Shown here in pieces: positions 11,967 through 23,375 of a DNA stretch of 64,000 nucleotides; the stretch's first letter is position 1; each line of letters starts with the position of its first letter. A program made the position numbers and the translations under genes. This DNA comes from Trichodelitschia bisporula (Eukaryota). The notes under the pieces were generated by a model, which worked only from the letters and a program-made list of their open reading frames with translations, was not told the origin of the DNA and did no database searches. The stretch covers positions 812,174-876,173 of the forward strand of contig ML996691.1 in NCBI GenBank assembly GCA_010356995.1, in the 5' to 3' direction.

Positions 11967-12617
11967 GGGTCTTCGTGATAGGCGTGGGGCGTTTGTGATG
12001 CATTGCGCATTGATGCTGGCTTTCGGCGAGATATCGTGTTGTCATTTGCTTTCAGGCGCCTAGGGTTTGCATTGAGCATCTTGACTACGGGTTGCCGGTA
12101 TGGAGTTCAAAATTAGGAGTGGACAATTGCATATCCGACGTCATAAAGCAGTCATATCAGTATGGTGTTCGCCCTCAGCAAATGTTCTTGGACGCGTTTC
12201 CATTCCTCAGGCTTGACAGCAAGCCCACTAGATGAACAATCTGCCGCATGAAAAGGTAAAATATTACCGGCCAGGGCAAGCATACCTCCATCGACGGCCG
12301 AAGATCCGCAAGCGAAGATCCCATTCCCATCTTATCATACATCCTGCAATCCAGCATATGGCCCGTCTAACAGGCTCAAGAAGGTCAACCCTGGAGAGAC
12401 CAAATTCGGTTTCCAGCAGCTCGCCTCAACGCTCATCCCTAATCTAATACTCACCCCTAGGAATTCTAGGGAGGTACGAAGACAGAAGTGAAGAGAGCGT
12501 CATCCATGACATCATCATTATTTCAAAACAGACACCACGCCACGTGGGTGTGCGGCGGGGGTAGAAGGTAAAAAAGGAAATGCGTGAGAACGAGTATGAA
12601 AGGTAAGCACGCAGCAT

Positions 12618-13537
12618 TCAGACAGCAGTACCGGGTGCGGAACCAATATGTTGGTGGTGGCCGTGGATGCCGTTCATGCCCTTAATGCCGTTTGTGTGCC
12701 CACGACCAGTATAAGGGCCATTTGGAAGCGGCGGATGTTGTGATAATGGCATCGCGGGTATATCGGTGTCTTGGTACATCGCCTGGCTGCGTAATGACTT
12801 GGAACTGGCCATTCGTCAGTACATCCACTTTGATAGAGATTAAGGCAATACCTCTTGGTCTTCCTCAGCGCAAAGAAATTCTTGATACCCTTTGCGGTCG
12901 ATGGTCGGCTAGTCGTTGGCTGACCGGTTAGAAGCTAGTCGCACATGGCACATCCTGGAGGACTCACTCGCTCATCGCTAAATCTCGGGTTGCTACCTCC
13001 ACTACCAGTACTCTTAGGGCTGAATAACCCTATTCCGTTCTTGATACTCTTGGCTTTATTCGCCTTGGTTGCACTGATGTTGAGCTCGTTGAAGCTAGTC
13101 GCTTCGAGAGGCAAAGGGGGGGCCCATCTCTCAGTATCCCCGCAAACGACCACGAACCACGCGACCTTCTCTTCTGGCGCCAACTTGTCTCTCAGCTCCA
13201 GCAACGCGCTCCAAGTATCATTCGCGACGCCTTTTCCGCGTACTTCATCAACCTCACATCCCAATTTGACTTCATGTACAACATCGGCGACGTAGGCGAA
13301 TGGCTGACTCTTGGACTCGACGGTTTCGTCCGTGGGATCGTATTGCTCGACAAAGCGCAGATTTGGAAGGGCCGTCATGAGCTCAGGATATAGAGTCGAG
13401 AAGTTGTCGAGCAGCACTTGTCTCGTCTCCGGCGCCATGAGCCACTCAGCCGCCGCATCGTCAAGGTTTTGCAGGATGATGTGGATGCGGATTAGCGGCC
13501 TAGGCCAGCGGAAACCGTGCACTAGGTATGTGGGCAT
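12618..13537 (-). CDS. FlbE-like developmental regulator
   Basis: MPTYLVHGFRWPR..IILQNLDDAAAEW..LPNLRFVEQYDP..SQPFAYVA..LRDKLAPEEKVAWFVVVCGD.ER follows the Aspergillus FlbE family pattern (probably a paralogue). Two 3' introns, stop at 12618. Confidence 0.75.
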
Positions 13538-15136
13538 CGTTCCGAGTCGGCGCAAGAAATTCGGGTACAGGGCTGAATCTGAGCAAGGCTGGCGCAGGGC
13601 GCAGGGGCGGATAACCGGTTTGGGTGTGGGAGTGGTTCGAGCGATGTGCAGAAGAGGCAAAGGCGACGGTTGTTATGGAAAGGGCCTCGTGTAGCGGGGA
13701 AGGGACCGGGACCGGAGTGGAGGGGGCTCAGGTCGGAGGTTGAAGAGGGTGGTAAAGCCGGTCGAGGGCCTGGATCACTGGCGCTGAGTGTGGAGGTGTT
13801 TGCTGTATGCGGAAAAGCGGTGGAGCCGGACTAGGGGAGAAGAAACCAAAGGATGCACGATGGGTGAGTGGAGAATGGTGGAGTAAAACGGTGATACGAA
13901 AAGCAGGTACCCTTTGGCACCTGTGCCGAAGTTGAGAAGCTTGACACGAAAGACGCGATCAGCAGTCCGCGCGAAAGTGGAGAGGACAATAGAAGAATTG
14001 CGCAAAAAGATAAAGGGACTGGGAGGAGAGAAGACGGCGCCAGACCCGGATGCTGCTAAAGGTGTGAAGGCGTGGAACGTGGGGAGGAAGAGAGCGTGTT
14101 GGTAGGATGAGGGTGGTGAGGTTCTACGGAGTTATGGGGAAAGGTCGCTCTAGGTCTCAATGGGGTTGGACCAACTGGGGGATCAATGCACGACTGGCAC
14201 CCCTCCCCCCCCTGCGATGGGGGTGCATTGACCAGCGGACGAACCCAGGACTTGTATTCGATCATGTAGGTGGCTGACTGGCATGCAGACAGCGAGCCTT
14301 TTCCTATCAAAACTAATTTTCCTGAGGTGTCTGGAGCTTGTGTAGCGTTTGCCGGTGGCTGATAAAAGGATGGCTGATTAGACTACGAGACGAAGGACGG
14401 AAGGACCCGCGAACTTGCTCGGAATACGGCAACGATTCAAGGTGGGGAAAGGGGCGGCATAGAAAGCGTTCCCGAATCCCGATCGGGAGCGGGTACAGGA
14501 TGAGGTCTGGGCTCGATCCGTGGGCGAGTATGAGGGGCAAGGTGGACGTTGAGTGGACAAACGAGGGACCAAATGAGGGCCTGGATGCCTGAGTACTGGG
14601 GGAGGGATCAGAACGCGGGCCCCGGGGGATCCATGCCCCGTACGGGCCGCTAGTCTTCCCGCTTGGGAAGGTTCGATCCTTTCCAAATCCATCCCATTCG
14701 TCCAGCCGAACTCGCGTGTGCCCCATCAAGGGACTAGAACTTACGACAGAGGGACGAGAGACACGAGAGGTTTGCTATGACATGTGTAGCTCCATCGTGA
14801 TATCCCACCATCCATTCGACGCCTCGTAACATGTTCTACACGCTCATATCAATCAAACACCGTCGCTCCTTTGTACTCCCCGCTTCATGCCATGCCTTGC
14901 AACGTGAGTACTGTACCTACCCAGCTCGGGCTTATCCAATGTCGTCGATTCGGCTTTGATCTCAAGTCATTTCTGTGTCACCCATAGCAACATCATGACA
15001 TAAATATGATGCGGGGCTGGCAGTCATCGGAGCCGTCGTTATGCTTCCATATTTTTTCCGGAAGTATCGCAGTAGGCATAATAAATGAAATGCCGCGTGC
15101 CCAAGCGTGCTTGCCAAACCATTGCCAACAATATTA

Positions 15137-16564
15137 TCATCCAGCAAGATATGCATGCTCCAAAACCTTGCCGGCCTCCAGCCGCTCGGTGCTCTGGTAT
15201 CGGACGAGACCACTGACGAGATCCCTGCCAGCATCGGACGTCTCAGGAAGTAATTCACTCCAAGGCTTAGGAGGATATTCTTTCCACAACATTTTGCTCC
15301 AGTCAGGAAATGATTGCAACTCCTACATCGGTTAGCAAATTCTTGATATTGCCTTTGACACTCACCGGCCAGACTTCATAGTTCGGAGTGCCGAGCTTCA
15401 CGAAAATACTGTGAATTAGCTGCAAATCAGACCCCGGCTCTCCCGGTTCAAAGAGCGGCTCGGTCGAGGAAGTGACGACCTGGGCCGCTACACAACCAGC
15501 AGCCCATAGATCCAGACTACATCCGTACGAGACGCCGCCAAAGAGAAGCTCCGGTGCACGGTAGCTGGAAGTGCCAACATCAGTAATCTTGGTATCAGCC
15601 GGCTCCGAGTCCTTGTCACCTGGACACCAGGCAACACCGAAGTCGCCGAGATAGGCGTGCCCACTGGGCGTCCTCATGAGAATGTTGGCAGGCTTCACAT
15701 CACGATGGATGATCCCAAGAGAATGGAGGTACTGTAGAGCGCTGAACAAGTCCTTGAGGATTGATCGCCGTCGGGCTTCCGGTAAGTACTGCTGCTGGAG
15801 AAGTGCGTCTAAATCGTAGGGCATAAACGGAAAGACCAAGACCAGGTGGCCAGCCGCTTCGGAGAAGCTTTCCCACAGTGGAATTATCTGTGGGAAGACA
15901 GCCTTTTTGAGTATTCGGATTTCGCGTTCCGAGTTGTGAGGTGGTGCCATTGCGTTCATGTAGGTGACCTTGAGAGCTACGGCTGTACCAGGCTTCCCAG
16001 TGAAGTCTGGGGGAACATCTGAAGGCACGACGGCCCGGAAGATGTCTGAATGAAGACTGTCTTTATAGTGAGTGGCGTGGTGATATCGTCCAAATGCTTT
16101 CGTGGGAGCATTGCTGGCGACAACGGTGTCTTCAGCCTAGAGAAAGAAACTCAACACAAAGATCTGTCAGGGAAAGACAGATGAGGTACCTCTAAGTTTT
16201 CCACTATATCTGCGTTCCCGGTACCCCGAAGGGTCTCGAGAGCAGTATTGCAAAGAAGATGGTACTCCGACTATCGTTGATCAGGTAGGTAGTTGAGCAC
16301 AAAGAACGACCGACTTACAGCGGACGTAGCTGCTCGATGTGCCTCCTGCTCTAGCTGCTTTGCCGCGCGCGATGCCTCCACAGAATCCACATTAGGGTGC
16401 GCGCTTTTGTATGCCCCCGTGCTGCCGCGGTTAACTTAGTGCATGAATAGGAGCAGGGGCTTCGGTATCAAACACATCAGGATGGAGAGAGGTGGAGCGC
16501 ACATTGTAGTCACGTATCCTAAGCGGTCCATGAAGGACACATCTGAGTACCAGTCTGTGGCCAT
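15137..16564 (-). CDS. CMGC/CDK-related Ser/Thr kinase, probable monomeric CDK-activating kinase (Csk1/Cak1-like) with N-terminal helical domain
   Basis: VALK, HRDVKPAN, GDFG, VGTSSYRAPE, DLWAAGC; lacks a GxGxxG loop (HYKDSLHSDIF). Three upstream exons from ATG 16564 (MATDWYSDVSFMDRL..) join in frame via GT-AG introns; one 3' intron. Confidence 0.8.
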
Positions 16565-16610
16565 ATTTATAAAGAGATATCGCGTGCGATCGCATTACTG
16601 TGCAGCAGGC

Positions 16611-16616
16611 ACGCGT
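16611..16616. promoter_or_regulatory. MCB element (ACGCGT) in the divergent kinase/SYP1 promoter
   Basis: Perfect ACGCGT ~47 bp upstream of the kinase ATG, with further CGCG cores at ~16581, ~16695 and ~16744. Confidence 0.3.
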
Positions 16617-17170
16617 ACTTGATGAACAGTGGGGGGAAGTGTGCCCGCTGTGGCGGTACACTTTGCTGTGGAGCTCTCCCCACGCACGAGCCACGCGGGA
16701 GCTCCCCGACCCAGTTAGGCAGTCTGTTGGTAACTTCAGGAAACGCGATGGAAAGCCAGCGGTCCGCAGTGGGCTATGATACGTGGTGAAAATCCGGACG
16801 TCAATGACGAGCAATTGCAATTGGACGCACTACCTAGTATCCTTCAATTTTCAGTTCGGCGTGAAGGGAGGTGTGCCCTAGAATGTAAAAGAAAGGAAAA
16901 TAGTCGAGTACTTCCTGGCCTCACGCAACCCCCCCTCTTACCGCTCCAGCCAACCAGCGTTCGAGTTGTAGAGAGCCAAGCCAGTCTTGGCCAGCTCTGT
17001 GTCGTCGCTCGCCCACCTGCATCGTCCGCATCACCAGCTTACACGTACACAACCCCATTCCCCTCGACCACGCATTGCAGCTTGACTACAGCTGCGCTGG
17101 CCTTCACTTTCATCGATGTGACCCACCGTCGGCCCCTCCCCACCTTCTTGTTATTGATTTTGCTCTCAAA

Positions 17171-20100
17171 ATGGATCTCTCTCGCCAGGAATACCCGTCG
17201 ATTCTGGTCAGCGCATCCCCTCCCTCCCCGTCCTTCCAGCCCGCGCGCCAGCCCTGCCCGCCCTTACCCAAATACTAACCACTGTGATCGCAGGCGCACC
17301 TCAATCCGTCTCAGTCGGTGAAGCTCCTCAACGATCGTCTCAAACATATCAACAAACTCAACACAGACATCGCCGACTGGCTCCAAGTATGTCGCGCGCC
17401 TTCCCGCCGCTACCTTAGCGATCCGGCCAAATGTTCTAACAGTTGCTAGGAGCGTCGTCGCCTTGAAGAATCGTACGCAAACGGACTTCGGAAGTTGGCC
17501 CAGAGACAGCTCGCGGATGAAGGCTCCGATCTTGGGTACGTGCGGCATTTTCGCTGTGCTGTCCCCACCATTCCAGGCTTACAAGGCTAATTTGGTTCCC
17601 CTCAACAGCATCTTCACTACTCCGTGGCAAAAGATAATCAGCTCGTTACAAGCCACTGCCGAATCGCATTATGCCCTCGCGCAGAACATAGAAGCCGACG
17701 TCGAACGGCCGCTCCGAGACTTTGCCGCATCGAACCGAGATGTGCAGGCTATGAACAACATTACCAGCAACCTCCAAACCATCGCAAAGGATTTCGACAG
17801 TGCAAATCGGAAAGCGGAGAAGTTGAGAGAGAAAGGCGGCAAGGCTGCAGCCGGTAAAGTCGCGACTGCTGCATCGGACGTTGAAAGTGCACAGGGACAG
17901 TGGGAGTCCCAGGCTCCGTACGTGTTCGAGCGCCTCCAAGCTGTCGACGAGAGCAGGGTCGACCATCTTCGGAACCTCTTGACGCAGTATCAGACTCACG
18001 TCATCGAGTCGACGTCTACTGGAAGTAACGCTGCGGAGGCGTGCTTGAATGCTTTGCTTAATGTGCAAACTGCGGACGAGATCAAGACATTCGCCATGAG
18101 ATTCACCCAAAACCGACCTTCTACCGGAGGTAGACAGCGGAGCGCTGCAGGATCCACAGGCCCTGTGACTCCGATCGGCTCTACTCTGGCTGCGCCGAGT
18201 CCCTCGCATCACGACGATGATGGGAGTCAGCGGTCCAGTTCATTCCAGGATCGTCCGGACAAGGCTAGACCGAGTTTTGGGGGCTTGAAGCGACTGGGAA
18301 CCGTCATCGGACGTCGGCGGCAGAGCACCCACCCATATGGCCCGAGCATGTCGCCGGAACGGAAGAAGTCTTCTTCTAATATCGGCAATGCCTTCGGACA
18401 TTTCGGTAAGAAGAAGGAAGCACATCAACCTGCAGACTCGCAGCTGGCTCCTCCTCCCGCCCAGGCGCAGGCTGAGAGTAGCCCGCGGCCCTCGGATTCC
18501 ATGCCGTCGCCGGAGCTGGAACACGCCGCTCCGGAGCGTGTCAATGGCACCACTACACTTCTGGAGAGTGTGGCAGAATCCGATACTCTCCCTGGTCTGT
18601 CGAACGGGACTCAAGATGCGCCTCCGAAGCTCCAGGAGCCTCTTCAGCCGACACCTGCATTTACTCCTGTGCCAGAGCCAGCTAAAAGTGCCGAGGCGAT
18701 ATCTCCACCTTCTGGTTTGGATGCTATGACGGCTGCCCTGGATGAAGCTGCTGCGTAAGTTTTGAATTTGAATTGGCACACCCTACTAACCAGCTAGGTT
18801 GAACGAATCGTCGCAGCCGTCTTTTAAGCTTGACATCCGAAATGCTCCGATCGAAGAGGAAGATGCGGATGCGTCTGTTGCCGTTGCAAATGTTGCCAAT
18901 GCGCTGCGTGCGGTATGTGTCCCATATTCTCCGCACTTCCAAGCTAATACCAGACAGCAAGCCGCCCCACGTAGGAATCTCGGTACAGTGCGTGGCCGTC
19001 GGGATCGCAACACTATCCTCGTAATGAACACCCAGACACCTGTACTTGAGCCACCAAGGGCAGACTCTCCAGCTCCGAACTCGGCCCCCCTTCCCGCCTC
19101 AGTTCCAGCATCATCATCACTCCCAACCTCCCCTGCCACGCTCCCCCTAACCCCCCTGCCTCTCACACCTAGCGCCACTCCTCCCGCACAACAGTCGCAA
19201 TTCAAGCTTCCTCACCGGCCAACGTTAGGGACGGAGGACCATACCATGTCCGATACGCACTCCATCCGGTCCGGGCGATCTGTCAGCAGTTCTCTCAGCA
19301 CCATAAAGCACCCAGATATGCATGATCCCGGCCTCAACGCCTCCATCGTAGAAACTGTCAGCACCTGGTTCAAAGACGGGGTCGTGACACGCACCGTCGT
19401 GTTGGGTGAGCTGGCACTGGCCTACAATCCTGCAGACTGGACCGAACCTCTGGGAACAGACACCATCCGTCTTGAAAACTTTTCCGCCTTGGAGAAGGTC
19501 GCTCCCAACCCCGCCTTCATTGAAGCGGTTCCGGACAGTCCGGGAAGCTTCCACGTGACTAGATCTAACATCCTCAAGACGGCAGTTGCCTTCAAGTACC
19601 AAGTACGACTTTCAGAACCTACTTACGCCACTTATGCACCCATTCTTATTACATCCGCGTGGAAGGTTGAGTTGTCGCAGGCTTCTGTCTTGCTGCACTA
19701 CTCCTTCAACCCCGCGTTCGCGGACCAGCTTGAGGAAGGCGCCACTTCCGTTACACTGAGCGATGTCGTTTTAATGGCCCACCTCGACCCATCGGGCGCG
19801 CGGTCCAAGAGCTGCAAGTCCATGAACGGCGGCATCTTTGCGCGTGAGCGCAACATGGTGTACTGGCGGCTCGGAGAGGTGACGCTGACGCACGACGAGC
19901 CGGCCAAGGCGCTGCGTGCGCGCTTCTTTACGGAGACGGAGGCCAAGCCTGGGAACGTGGAGGCGCGGTGGACGATCCCGTCGGAGCGCGTTGCGAAGCT
20001 GGGGACCGGGGCCGGGCTGGGCGTCAGCACGATCGATGTCCCAAAGGTGGTACAGGAGACAGAGACGGAAGGTGACGGGGAAGCGGATCCGTTCGCTGAC

Positions 20101-20202
20101 GAAGGCGTTCCAATCCCGCGGACGCCTGTCGTGGTGTGGAAGAAATTGGAGGCTATCAAGAGGTGGAGGAGCGGAACATATGTGTCTGCCTCCAGCTTGT
20201 AA
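17171..20202 (+). CDS. SYP1: Muniscin / FCHo-family endocytic adaptor (F-BAR + mu-homology domain)
   Basis: MDLSRQEYPSIL..NKLNTDIADWLQERRRLEESY (F-BAR), WESQAPYVFERLQAVDESR, S/P-rich linker, muHD GLNASIVETVSTWF..GELALAY..IRLENFSALEKVAPNPAF. About five introns. Confidence 0.9.
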
Positions 20203-21192
20203 GGTTGAAGGTCGGAGGAACCATGTAGACATAATCACGTTCATTTGATTTTTCCTTGTCTGTTATCGGTACGTATGGAAGGGGGCAAATGATACCGCTG
20301 TCGGTCCATTAACACATTAGGAGCGGCTGTTGTTCGCGAGGGAGATGTTTTGGATTCTTGTGTATGCATAGTAGTATCCTGACTTTTTATAGCTCATCAG
20401 CACCGAGCATACTGGGCTCGAGAGCTGCCATTGAAGACATAATTAGAGGAGTCTGCCACCTGGGATGGAATATCGTGTCCGATGTACGTTCCGGATACCC
20501 GCAAACGACTGCGCTTGGCTAGCATGTGCGCCTAACAAGAGTGAATATTGTGTACGCAGTAGCAGTTTGCCGAGGGGTTTGGCGCAACGCGGCTCTGCGC
20601 TTAGCGCGAACTATGAGCTCATGGACTGGAGAATCGAGATCTTGGGGTGTACCTTGATGTCCAGCGAGTGCTTAAGAACTGAGGCGAAACGATAACGTGT
20701 TCTTGACCATAAAGATGTCATCAAGCATAGTTTACCGTAATCTAATAGCTATTCCGATCATCATCACCTCCATCTCTCGCTGTAATAGTATTTTCTCATT
20801 CCCATATCAAAGACAGGTTAAGAGGGGAAAGAGACCGGATTGCGTATTTCCGTAATGCTCCCTTGCTCCATCCACTGCCACGAGGCCCGGCATCTCATCT
20901 TGGCATCTGTGGAGTGTGACGAGCGCCACGGCACCCCTTTGATCAGGGCCGTGCAGGGTACTCCTCGTGCTGCAGACAACTTCGAGCAATGTGACCCCAA
21001 AGTCTCCCACACCGCCGTTGTTCATCGTTCCCCTCCCCGCATTTGTCTACACCCTCCTTTGAAGTCGCATGCTTTTGCTTCGTACATTTCCATAGCATTG
21101 TCCCTTCGAACGGCCGCAGCATTCTGCGCCGGACGCCTTAATACATCTCACTTCCTCGCCCCCTCGATAGTAACATCTTCGAAACACCAACA

Positions 21193-22896
21193 ATGCACCC
21201 GTCGCGCCGTCACAACACCTCCATCTCCTCGGCGAGTGCGAATGTCGGCGGCACGGCTAAATACCGTAGCACCACCGCATCCCCTCCGAACGGCGACGAC
21301 GCGCACGGCAACGTTTCGGAGCACTCGGGCGACATGACGAGTAGCGAGGATATGGAGATGTCGGACATGATGTCTGACGAGGGCCTCGAGGACGATGAGG
21401 AGACGGGATTGACGAGTCGCGATCGGCAGAAAAGGCGAAGGCGCAAGCGGCGCAATACCCAGCTGGGCCAGCGCATCGTGCCGGATGAGGGAAGCATGAG
21501 GAAAGAGGAGGAGAAGCTGGCGCGGAAAAGCTTTTGGGCGGCAACAGTTGGGAATGCGGTATTGATTGGTCTTTGGTATCTCTTTTCGATATCCATCACG
21601 GTGGTAGGTTTGGTGTGGCGCGGGCGGCCGTCGGAACGCGCTGACACCTTCGCAGTACAACAAGTGGATGTTCAAGGAGGAGGATGGGAAACAGAAGATC
21701 GTGTTTCCTTTTCCGCTTTTCACCACCTGTGTCCATATGATGGTCCAGTTTTCTCTGGCGTCTCTCGTTCTCTTTCTCATGCCGCGGTTTCGTCCACGAC
21801 AAGGTGTTATCGACTCTCACAACCTCCTCCACCCCCAGACAAGCCGCGATGGCAGCCATGCGGCGGACCTGAAAAAGCCCTTGATGACAAAATGGTTCTA
21901 CTTCACACGCATTGGACCTTGCGGCGCTGCTACCGGGTTGGACATTGGTCTCGGGAACATGAGCTTGCGGTTCATCTCGATGACCTTCTACAGTAAGTGA
22001 ATCCGTGAAATTATGATGGGATATGCTGACGGCGTGGAGCAATGTGCAAGTCATCCGTCCTCGGCTTCGTGCTCATCTTCGCCTTCCTTTTCCGTCTCGA
22101 GAAACCGTCGTGGAAGCTGTTGGCAATCATCACGACCATGACGATCGGCGTCGTCATGATGGTCGCTGGAGAAACAGCCTTCGACGTCCTCGGATTTATC
22201 CTCGTCATGTCGGCAGCCGCGTCGTCCGGGTTCCGCTGGTCCCTCACCCAAATTCTGCTCCTCCGCAATCCTGCCACCTCCAATCCCTTTTCATCAATCT
22301 TCTTCCTCGCTCCGATCATGTTTGTGACTCTCCTTGTCATCGCCATACCCGTGGAAGGCTTCGTCGACCTCTACGCGGCGTTCCAGGTGCTGGCCTCCGT
22401 GCATGGTACTTTGCTCAGCATTGGAATTTTGCTATTTCCTGGATGTTTGGCCTTTGCCATGACGGCTTCGGAGTTCGCTTTGCTGCAGCGTACAAGCGTC
22501 GTCACTCTAAGCATTTGCGGCATCTTCAAGGAGGTGCTCACCATCAGCACAGCGACCATCGTCTTCGACGACAAGCTGACGCTCATCAATTTTACGGGCC
22601 TGCTGGTGACGATTGCCACCATTGCCGCGTACAATTATATCAAAATGAAGCAGATGCGCGAAGATGCTCAGGCTGCAGCGCACCTTGCTGTCGAGCAAGA
22701 ATATGCGCCCGTTCTGCTGGCCGATCCGGACCGCGTGCGAGGTCTTAGCCCCAAGAATGAAGCACGACGAACAAGCACTGGCGAGTTGATTCGTAGCTCA
22801 CTGAGCATGCCCGTGGGTGGCTCATCTGTCGCACGGCCCGGGAGTGACAGCCCGACACGGCAGTCGCCGATCAAGAGGCCTGAGGATTTGGAATAG
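21193..22896 (+). CDS. Triose-phosphate/nucleotide-sugar transporter family (SLC35C2/Ymd8-like)
   Basis: WYLFSISITV|YNKWMF..FPFPLFTTCVH, DIGLGNMSL, MCKSS, GFRWSLTQILL, TLSICGIFKE; about 10 hydrophobic helices; two introns. Confidence 0.9.
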
Positions 22897-23307
22897 AGTA
22901 TCAGTTACGGCAATCGATTCTTGGGTTCGGGCGTTTTGGGGATCCTGCATTTGAGAGGCATACGGGCGCATGGCATAGTCCGTGGCTGGACGCTGCTTGT
23001 GGGAGGCTTGTAGGCTATGGATGCACTGGAGGCGTTTACTATTCTTGGGAGGGGGAACGAAGAAATTCGACAGAGTCTTATGGCTGGTAGATATTTGATG
23101 GACACGAAGTATATAACTGCTGATATCCAGCATTGGCGTATTCCTAACTATCGCTCCAGTCACTCAGTGACGTCTTTGAGTGCCGCTTATATCCCGTGAC
23201 CTCGTGATGTTCGCGACTTCGTGGCGTTTACCCAACAAGACCAAACCTCAATTCATTCGCCGAGTGCTGCCTGCTTAGCTAGTGCAAACACCTTACAACC
23301 CCTCCCG

Positions 23308-23313
23308 ACGCGT
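23308..23313. promoter_or_regulatory. MCB element upstream of AlkB-like repair gene
   Basis: ACGCGT ~65 bp before the ATG; a second ACGCGT at 23391-23396 just inside the CDS. Confidence 0.3.
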
Positions 23314-23375
23314 CCATCAGCCGCAGAAACGGGTTTACAACATGCAAAGCCGTCGCCCACAATCTCGATGCAGTA

